Part shown: positions 54,136 to 64,000 of the stretch, one piece after another
How positions within the stretch are numbered: position 1 is the stretch's first letter
How the letters are laid out: each line of letters starts with the position of its first letter
NCBI GenBank assembly: GCA_024704765.1
Contig: JAKMXF010000233.1
Span: 496,001-560,000 of the forward strand
Direction of reading: 5' to 3'
DNA: 64,000 nucleotides
From: Oopsacas minuta
Lineage: Eukaryota; Animalia; Porifera
Made by a program: the position numbers and the translations under genes
The notes under the pieces: generated by a model
What the model was told of the DNA's origin: nothing
The model's database searches: none
The model's input: the letters and a program-made list of their open reading frames with translations, nothing else

Positions 54136-55969
54136 ATAGATACACAAACAGACAAACTGACAGACAGACAGACAAATACACAAACATATTTACTGAACTT
54201 CTATGTAGACATTCATGGATAGTTTCTCAGTTACAAACACGAAACTCAATAAAGATTCTCCGACAAGCAAATTGTTATACGCTAAAGAAGTAAAAGTATA
54301 TAAACAGCTGGTTGCAAAGTAAGCAAACAATTTTGTCGTATTTTTATTATGTAACTAACAAGAGGTGTTGCTTATTGACGTTGTTGTCTAGTTATTATGA
54401 AGACGTTAAGAAACTACCAAGAGTGACGGAAGAAGAAATGACCAAAGAAATGAACTCTCTCTCAAGGGTATATACTTTAATTAACACGTCCAAATTAATT
54501 ACATGGCCATGTAGATAATTAGACGCTTTATTTATGACTAAAATATGACTTTTGACGGAAATGAGGATAGCAATTAATCATATGATTAACAAATTCAAAC
54601 TACAAATCAAATTTCCTGTTACTCACAACTTAAGTAATCTTTCTAGGAATATTTATAATTAAATATAGTTTTTTGAAAATGTATTTAGCGCCTAATTTTT
54701 CTACATCCCGCTTAGCTGAGCTTAGCTAAACAAACTTACGCGCCAATAATCAAATTCACGCGCCCTTATTGAATTAAGGAATCTATATTGACTTAACAAA
54801 TTTAATAATTTTCCAATTAGTATTATTTCATATTTATATTCTAGAGTTTATTGAAAGCAGATATGCTGGATACTGATGAAGCTTTATATCAGCTGTTTAG
54901 ATATGCAAACAAATACTCTACACAGGTAAACAATAACAAAATATATATGAATTGTGAAAATCCAGTTGATAAATTGTGAGAAAGTAGGAGGATTCGGGAG
55001 ATGGCCGCTCTCAATTGCTTTGTGTTATGTATAATACATAAAGTCAACTCCAGTTATATCTAACACGGATATATAGAAATACCCGCTTATACAGAAGAGT
55101 GAATTATGCAAATATGGTCACAAACCGTTAAAGTAACAAATATTCCATCGGTTATATCAAAGTAATTATCACAGCCCTTTCAGCTTCGATATGACAGGAG
55201 TTGACTTCACCATTTTTCAATGAATTAATTCGAGTATTGTCTACACAATAAGTGATAACAAGAATATATTGCCTAGCAAGAAATTGGAAATATGTAATAA
55301 ATATGATTACAGCTGTGTCTTCATCACGAAGCAGCGATTTTGAAACCGCTAATGACTTTCATAGGTAAATCGATGGATATGGATCATATTTGAATATTTA
55401 TTACATTTGGAATAGTTCCACTTAGCACATCATGCATCATATGTATCCACAAGAAATATTATTAATAAGGTGCATTTCTGATGGATAGTTCCATATGGAA
55501 CTAACTTACATACTAACGTATATAAATTCCTATGATTTTTACAATTGTAGAGATATTCATTTGCAAAAATATTTAACCCAAAATTTTTTTTCAATAATCT
55601 TATTTATACATTCACTAATTAGATTAATTCTATTTTTAGCTCAACGAAACACTAACTGAGAATGGCTACAATTCCCTGACTGCACATTTCACGGATATTT
55701 TGGATCAGCTAGACACAAATAACAATAACAACAGCAATAATCCGAGTCCTTATCTCCACAAGTCAGGGAGCTATTCAGGATATAATAGCAAGAGGGATAG
55801 TTTCCAGTTTGACAACACAAATAACAACAACGGGATCAGTCCATACCTGTACCCAAATAACAACAGGATCAGTCCATACCTGTACCCAAATAACAACAGG
55901 ATCAGTCCGTATTTAATACCAAACTACAAGACCCCATCTCCGCAATTAAAATTCCAATCTTCAGTTTAA
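39065..55969 (+). CDS. Plexin (Sema, PSI, IPT/TIG, TM, split GAP with RBD), multi-exon
   Basis: Signal peptide at 39065; PSI-type CSWC/CGWC exons; IPT exons ([19 protein letters not shown]); TM then [108 protein letters not shown]. Class (A vs B) not resolvable by eye. Confidence 0.95.
50355..50503. mobile_element. MITE family C (CAGTCAACTC...GAGTTGACTG); other copies ~11160, 14351, 16450, 29213, 32745, 37060, 52995, 55040, 58490
   Basis: Shared core aattgtacaaatatggtc(a/c)caaacc...gtaattatcacggtcctttgagc...tataacaggagttga with inverted ends, in both orientations. Confidence 0.8.
54077..54134. repeat. (CAA)n microsatellite in plexin intron
   Basis: Long CAA run just after the donor at ~54064. 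Confidence 0.95.
55818..55912 (+). repeat. 33-bp coding tandem repeat ([11 protein letters not shown]) in the plexin tail
   Basis: caaataacaacaggatcagtccatacctgtacc present about 2.7 times, in frame. Confidence 0.9.
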
Positions 55970-56756
55970 TTATAGAAAATATTTTTACATCACAAAGAGC
56001 AAACAACACTTTATGTTTTTGTCACCCTGCATGCAAAATAATTCTTTATACACATTAAACTCCCTTCAATTTGTTAATTATTTGTTAAATCTGTTAAATT
56101 ATTAATAAACAAATACAAATGGGACAACAAAACAATTGGAGTAGGGCAACGGTCCCCCCTTGGTGGTCCACAGACGACAGCAGGGAGTCAATAGGATCTC
56201 AAAATTTATATCACAATCTATTGGAGGGGGCACATAATGTGTTAAAATTGGTATAGGTGTCAACGAGGGTGAAAAGGGTTGGGAACCCCGGAGTAGGAGA
56301 ACAATGCAGTGGAGTCTCCCAAAACAGACACTCAAAAAGCAGACAACACCTTTACAACGGACAAGCTCGTGGAACGAAATAAGTTGATATTACATGTAAA
56401 TAATATATAAACAATCTCTGAGAAGCGACATCTAACCTACAAAGGACAAAATCTAATCCCCAACGTGTCCGTTATAGGGAGACTCCACCATGTATATGAA
56501 GTTGGCACATTCGCCAATTTTGAGTTCAATATCCAAGAAATTGCCTCGTTTTTGGTAAAAACAGAAACTAAAGTCTGCAAAAATTAATATAACTGTAAAA
56601 ACACAACATACGGGAGATCTATAATTAGTTCCATATGGAACTAATTAAATCTCTTAGACAAAGGACCAGTTATTTAGTCCTATATGATTGATATGCTGAT
56701 CAAACAAAATAAAAAGTATAAATAGCTCGAAGTAATTTAATAGTTAATCTTACTGA

Positions 56757-58801
56757 ATGGCATTCAAATCTTTGAATTCAATATACGCAACAGTTGCAAA
56801 GGCAACCTCTAACGAACTGTCCTCTCCCAAACAAAAACACCTTGACACCTTATTGCAGCGGATTAACACGAAAGATGCCAACCTAGACGAAGTGTCTAAC
56901 CCCATTGTTGATAGACTGCATTCGACCAATTGGCAAGTTAGCTACAAATCTATTTTAACGCTCCATTATTTGATACAAAATGGAAATGAGAAGTTTCTAC
57001 AAAATATATGCGCAAAAAAACCTAATTTTTTGATATCTCAGCGTCATGCGTGGTCGGAACATAAGGCTATTCGTTTCCTACAGAGCCACAGTCATTATCT
57101 TGCCACTAAACTGAGTGTCTATAATAATGCAGGGTTTGATTATTGTCGAGTTAGACGTGGGCAAAATGGGTTTCTAAGAACGATAAACCAAAATCGAGTA
57201 TTCGAGCATTTGGCATATTTGAGGAAAATTGTCGAAGCGATTGTCCTATTTAACCCAACAGAGAATGATCTCCGAACTGCACTTGTATTAACATCATTTT
57301 CCAAAGTATTCAAAGACTTAACCGTCCTTGTTCAATTCTTAAATGAAGGCATGATCATCCTGATCGAAAGGTTTTTCGAACTCGATCTCGAAAAAGCACA
57401 AAAGGCATTCGATCTTTACAAATACTTTACATCCGTCTCAGGTATAATTAAAGGAATCTTCGCCGAGGCCCAAGAGGTTGGAATCGATCAATCAGACTAC
57501 AGTTCATACCCCACATACCGTAGAGACATGGTAGTAACTATGGAGACACATATAAAATCACTACAACCGCATATCCCCAGGAGTAGTTCAGCAAATCTTA
57601 ACGCATTACGCATACCAGGTTCTCCATCTAAATCTTTGTACAAACAAAGTTCACCAAACACCTATCGAAAACAACAATCGTTGCAAGTTCTGATCCAACG
57701 CAATTCGAGCCCAGATAGTGAAGAAAGTGACTCACCGCAGCCAAACAGGACAACCACGAAAAGTGTCAGCCATAGTAATTTATTTCCAGTCCAATTTGAT
57801 AGTAGTTATCCCGCGAAACAGTTCGAAACTAACGAATTTGAAATCGAGAATCACCAAGTGATAGCAAAGAGTAGCACGAGTAGTCCAAACTTTAATCACA
57901 AACTAAGTCGTAAACAAAAGTCATTTCCAGGTTTAATTGATAGTTCCAGTTTGCATCAAGATCTATTAGAACTACAAAGTTTCTATTCAGGCAGTATGGA
58001 ACCTACAAATAAGAACAATTCTAAGACGGATAATAATCCATTCGCAAAAGGTAAGTAAATATTAATTTCCTTAGCTAATAATTCGCCCGCCTAGAAATAT
58101 ATTTAGCTTGCCATCCCCGCCTAAACGACACATTTTATCACATGGAGATATTGAATTCACAGTTAAAATTAGGCCAATACATACAATAGAAAACTCTCAA
58201 ATCTGACTGGAGGACACATATTAATAATTACTCCACTTCACACATATGTATTGAATTCTTAATTGTATCAATTGGAACCTCAACAAAATTAGTTCCATAT
58301 GAATAGCAGCTGATTGAGGCTAATATGTAATTTATTCAAAATGTGTTGGCAACTTAGAAAGGCAATAATAACAAATACATGATTACTCGTCAGCAAGTGT
58401 GAAAATCCATTTCCGGAATTCCTAACCTAGGCATCAAGGGGTGGCAAAATATCAAAGCCTATTTTACTCAGATATTTCTCAATTTATTCAACTCTCGTTA
58501 TGCCGAAGTGTGATATTGTACAAATATGGTCCCAAACCTTCAAAGTAACTTATATTTCATAGATTATATCAAAGGAACTATCACGGTCCCTTCAGCTTCC
58601 CTAAAGAGGTCCAACTCTAACAATATTTGTATTAATATAGGTTATGCGAATAGTGCCAACTCACTACCCACAGAATTCAGTTTTACTCGTAAGAAGTCCG
58701 CACCAGTAACCGGAGGCAATCCATTCATAGATTTAGTACCACAGAAAAGGGAAAAGAAAACCACCTGTACGACAACCAATCCATTTTCAGCTATGGCCTG
58801 A
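56757..58801 (+). CDS. ANTH-domain clathrin assembly protein (PICALM/AP180-like); exons 56757-58050 and 58641-58801
   Basis: VAKATSNELSSPKQKHLD, NWQVSYKSILTLHYL..GNEKF, FKDL...NEGMIILIERFFE match the ANTH fold; low-complexity tail with three NPF motifs. Confidence 0.85.
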
Positions 58802-59342
58802 GAGGAAAATAGGCTTAAAGTATTGTCATTTATGTTATCGTTTTGCAGAATTTCTTGTTTACTAATTTACTATTATTTACAATAAAATTATTCCAAAGAA
58901 GTTACATGTAACTAAACCTATTAAAATTGGTAATTGTTTACAAAATGTGTTCCAATTATATAAGAAATGCTGTATAATGCAAACATGATGGAATGGGGGC
59001 GCCAGCTGGCTAGGATATTTCATCACACTATGTATTCTCTTTACTTTGGGGATAGGTTAATACGTGACAGTTGGGATAGGTCACCCTGGACCAATTTCGT
59101 AGGGGGAAGCATTTTCGTCAAAACAGTACCTTGGTATAATCTAAGCATCAGTACGAGTTGACCCTGGTACAAATTGGTATCTAACACATGTAGGTGTATG
59201 TGCGATATCGGATACGAGCAGACTGGCAATCTGGATGCTATCTCTAGGAATAAAATTACATCGTTACATTCCATAGAGTAGGTATATAGCAACCATGGTA
59301 TTTAATAATAGAGCCTTAATTAATTAATTCTTAAATTACAAA

Positions 59343-62300
59343 ATGAATTTTTCTTTGATATTCCTATTGCTAACGACAATCCTAAGTGTTACTAATGGAC
59401 AGAAGCATACGATAAACTTCGCATTTTTTTATCCTTTCAATTCGAATGCAATTGCACACCCAGAGCCATACAATATAACCGACATTATCCAATATGGAAT
59501 ACAGAAATTCAATGAAACATCACTTGGAGAAAAATACGTGTTAGAAATGAGCAATTTTAATTCGAATTGTAATCCGAGAGATTCGAATAGAGCTTATATT
59601 GAGATGATAGAAGATGAGAAATTCTATCCATTTATTATTGGTGAGTTCTTTTGTATATTTTAAGCGAAAAATGTTGTTTGTTTGTTTGTGATTTTTTAAA
59701 TACAGCAGACTCTGATTAATAGAGCCTTAATATGAGTTACAGTGACTTATGTTCGCTTTATCAGGTGTGATAGCAATTGAATAAACATTGTAGGGAACTG
59801 ATTCTGTGTCAATATTAACCGTGTTCTTATTAACGGCCCTTCCACTAGGTCCAGGCTGTTCTATCGCATCTGAACCAGTAGCACTTGACATAACTTCAAC
59901 AAATATTATCGCTATCTCTTACTATTCAGCCTCACCACAGTTTGCAAATGACACTCTATTCCCGAATTTTTTTCGTTTATACCCAAGTGAACAAACTATA
60001 TTAACTGGAAGAGTTAATTTCATCCTCAATCAAGGATGGAAAAGGGTAGCGATTATTATTCAGAGTGTCGCGGTATTCACCTCTGCGATCCGCGGACTAC
60101 AAGCCGAATTAATTCAATATAATATTGAATATGATTTATTCCTCATTTTCGACGATGAAGGTATTCAGGAAGCCATTAGTGACGTGTTAAATGAGAAATA
60201 CAACATACTGATAGGGCTGTTCTATCCAGACTTTTCTGTTTCAGTTTTGTGTAATTTCTATAAACAACCAAAAATAGCGAAGCACAATATGTCTGGTTAA
60301 TGGAGGGATGGTGAGTTAACAATCAAACAACAAACAAACAAACAAGCAAAAATAGTCTGTGCCGACAGCATGGTAGTATTAATCTGAGGCATTAAAATGT
60401 TATCTTTAATCCCAATACACATAGTGCCTTCAATTAATAGTGCCACACTTTAAACAAATTTTATTAGTAGACTAAGCTGTCGGCACAGATTGAAATTTTA
60501 CAAACAAACAATCAAACAAACAAACTAACACCTTTTAGGGCTCCATCGGACTTTTGGACAAAAGTGGAGAAAACAAGTTGTAAAGCAGAAAATATTCGAG
60601 ATTTATTAGACTACGCGATTTTCTTTGACTCCGATTTTGCAACAAACAACAAAACGGAACCAACAGTCCTTGGTCCAAGTTATATAGAATATGAAAAAGC
60701 CTTCAATTTAACGATAATTATTGACAATCTGATATTTGACACCTTTTCAACGATGGTGGCAGCTATTGAAATGTATGATGAAATGTATAGTGGCACATGT
60801 GGGATGAATTCAACATGCTTGGAGGATTTTAATTACAATCAAAGAATTATTTCGCAGAGGTTAAGATCGATACTTTATGCATTAGATGTACAAGGTAAGT
60901 TTGCCAGGTGTTAGTCATGGTGTTAATGGGTCACTGGATGGGTCATGGATTGGACCGTGAACCATGGAGCATGACTTGGTGTTTAATTTTACTGTTCTTG
61001 ATAAATAATATATTTCTAGGGACCACAGGTCGGATAAATTTCACACGTACAGGAGATCGCCAAGGTGGCATCATCTTGGAACAGTCATTCAATGGGGTGA
61101 GGTATAGAGTTGGTAACAGTTCTGGGTACACAAATGAGATATTTGTAGACAATGTCACTTGGCCCGGGGGTGTGACACCAGCTGATGGGTCTACTGTGAG
61201 GTTTAGTTACATAACTTTAGCTCAATTTATCGTGTTTACCTGTTTTGCTGTTATTGGTATTGTTTCCTCTATTGTGTATATTGTTATTATGCTTATAAAG
61301 TGGAAGCATGGAGCTATCAGTTCTAACACTCCTTTATTGACGCTAACTACACTCATTGGTGAGTTGTGTTGTTTGTTTATTCGTTTGTTTAGTTAACAAG
61401 AGGAACATCGTATAGTGTACCCAATTATGAAATAAATTTATATATTTTCACGCCAATATTTTAGGTTCCATATTACTTTATTCTGGGACTATTCTCCTAC
61501 AAGTTCCAAATCTTGAAAACTATCTAATAAAAGAGTCAATTGGATCAACTATTACATGTAATATCATTAATTGGGTACTAACACTTGGTTTCTCAGTTAC
61601 CTATTACCCCTTGTTCCTCAAAATGTTGTACGCGTTTTATATCAAAGAATACAAACTGAAGAATGTGGGACGAAGGAAGAAGAAGTTCCAATTGGAGGAG
61701 TGGCACTTGTTAATTATTTTAGGAATATTTCTTGCTTTTGATGTGCTTTATCTATTGTTGTGGTCTGCTATCCCACAGATACGATTTGGGTAAGTCACAA
61801 TCTGTGCCGATAGCATAGTATATCAATTGAATTTATTCAAAGTAGCACTAATGATTGGAGGCATTATAATGAATTACATCTATCACAATTCACTTAGTGC
61901 CTCCAATTAATAGCCATTTTGAAAAATGAAGTCTTATATGTGTGACCGTCCAAATTGAGTATCCGCCAAATACTCAGTTTGGCGGATACTCAGTTTGGAC
62001 GGTCACACACACATACACAGTGGAACCTCTTTAAGACTAATTTCCTTGATAAAGAGATTTGACCATCCGTTGGTGTTACACTGTATTCATTTGTAGTCTA
62101 ACTAATGATCAGCTCAGCACGATAGTTCAGGGTCTACCAGTACTGGTAATAGAGTATAATTGTGGTGTAACAGATGAAGTAAGTGAGCGTGTTGTTATAG
62201 CACTACTGATTACGTCAAAAGTTGTCATTCTTGTGGTTGCTATGGTGATAGCGTTTGATACAAGATCTCTGAAGTTTAGGAAACACAGGGAAAATGTTTG

Positions 62301-62908
62301 GGTTGGCATTTCTATCTATACTGTAGCTATTCTGGGTATTGTTGGTATTATTTGTTACCAATTCATACTTAGACAGGTTTGTATGTTTGTTTGTTGTAAA
62401 TATATAGTTACATACAAGTATTTCCACAAGTAATGCATTCAAATTTTTTACGTTAACTTTCAAAATTTGAATGCAAAATCAAAAATTACAATCTGTGCCG
62501 ACAGCTTAGTATTTAATCACTATTAATTGGAGGCACTAAAATATTTCATGTTTATTTTAGGCTGATTTGAGATTCGGATTGGTGGTTTTGTGTATGATAA
62601 TTGCAGTTGCGTCAGCAACAAACATAATTTTCATACCAATCCTATTTCTACTGATCCAGGACCGTGAGGGGAAGGGAGAATACGGGGTCCAACTGCTGAC
62701 CAAATCGAAACTAGAAGACGGTGATTTTGTTAGCCAATACAAGAACAGAATTGCGATTCTTGAAGGGGAAAACAGGAAATTGAGCGTTTCAATGCAGGAG
62801 GAATTTGCAGAATTAAAAAGACTTACATCGCACTCCCAACTACTGCCGACTGATGAAGAACCCATGAGTGTAATTAAGAACATCCATAAAAGTGTAAGTG
62901 TTCTATAG
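59343..62908 (+). CDS. GABA-B-like class C GPCR, paralog 2
   Basis: Signal peptide, TINFAFFYP, LGPGCS, ISYYSASP..FPNFFRLYPSE, GRINFTRTGDR, TM exons with FDTRSLKFRKHRENVWVG, tail QYKNRIAILEGENRKL. Confidence 0.88.
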
Positions 62909-63655
62909 GATTGAATACCTATTGAATTGAATGGTAACTAAGATAAATTTTGAGTACTATTTGTTTGAATTTTATTTATTTTGGAGATATTCAAATAAAT
63001 ACCTATTGTATCAAATGGCAACTAGGGTATGAAAATCTCCATAATTATCTGAGAATAGGTTACAAAAGTGTCGACCTATCAGATTTGATGTGTAAGCTGA
63101 TGGTTAATTGATTGTGTACATTTCATAGTGGCATGACATATTTGTAACACCTATCTTAGACTGTAAGTTGATTGGCCTACCATTATCTTAATAAATATAA
63201 TGATTGTGAATATGATTAACGTAATATAATATTTTGTAGAGTGACAGCATAATAGGCTTTCAGTATACATTTAATAGTCCGTTAAAGTTTGTACTTGTAC
63301 TCGTGTATATATTGAGAAATGCATTGTATTTCCTTAACGGCCACTTTCCATAGCTGCCACTTCTCTATAAATGATACTTTTGGCCACCCCCCTTTAGTGG
63401 CAGTTATAGAATGGTTTCAGATTGCTACCGCAAAGTTAGGACTCCGCTGAATAGGATCACAACGGTACCAGGCCTATTTGTCCCGATTAACCAGAGTAAT
63501 TATTTGTATGGTTCTGTTTCTGGACAAGTGACTGAATTAACAGGAGTCTACTGTACATATTAAACCCCTAATTTATAGAAATTATGTACATAGCAACCAA
63601 TACGACGAAAGGTATTTAATTACATTCCTTATAATTATTATTTTAAAATAGCTAG

Positions 63656-64000
63656 ATGCATATTTCAGTGGCATTCTTGTTGCTAACGGCAATCATCATA
63701 AACCCCACTAATGGTCAACGGGAAACGATAAATTTTGCATTTTTCTACCCATTCAATTCAAATGAGATCTCACATCCAGAATCCTATAATATAACAGAAG
63801 TAATTAACTATGGAATAGAGAAATTCAATCAGACAGAACTCGGAGAAAAGTACCAGTTACAAATGAATGTGTATAACTCTAATTGCGATGCTAGAGATGC
63901 GATTAGAGCTTATATTGAAATGCTCCAAGATCCGTACTTCTATCCTTTTATCGTTGGTAAGGTATTTTGAATGTTTTAGTTAAGTAAGTGGTTCCAAACA
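63656..64000 (+). CDS. GABA-B-like class C GPCR, paralog 3 (first coding exon only; truncated by window end)
   Basis: MHISVAFLLL..GQRETINFAFFYPFNSNEISHPESYNITEVINYGIEKFN is closely similar to the first exon of 59343. Confidence 0.82.

Overview
AT-rich, intron-rich animal genomic DNA; nothing prokaryotic, and no rRNA, tRNA or CRISPR that I can support. The gene content (several GABA-B-like receptors, plexin, intronless NHL-repeat copies) and compact layout suggest an early-branching metazoan such as a sponge, possibly a glass sponge; this is inference only. Left to right: 5' part of an IP3 receptor (ITPR, minus, runs off the left end); PDAP1 (minus); a tandemly duplicated TEX264-like gene (two plus-strand copies); an unrecognised multi-exon gene (minus); a damaged NHL-repeat gene (plus); cytosolic isoleucyl-tRNA synthetase (IARS1, minus) with a complete GABA-B-like class C GPCR nested antisense in a ~6 kb intron; a second NHL-repeat copy (minus); UBE2N/Ubc13 (minus); a full-length plexin (plus) with an unusual C-terminal tail; an ANTH-domain PICALM/AP180-like gene (plus); two more GABA-B-like genes (plus, the last truncated by the window end). 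Introns are packed with several families of short non-autonomous TIR elements (MITEs) and (TTTG)n/(CAA)n microsatellites. Most notable: strongly over-represented short motifs (T-box-like AGGTGTGA; TGGAACTA), a MITE family that carries an intact RFX X-box, start codons sitting directly on 3' splice sites (possible SL trans-splicing), nonsynonymous-biased divergence of the TEX264 pair, the nested GPCR, and the plexin tail. Exon boundaries and counts were done by eye and are approximate.
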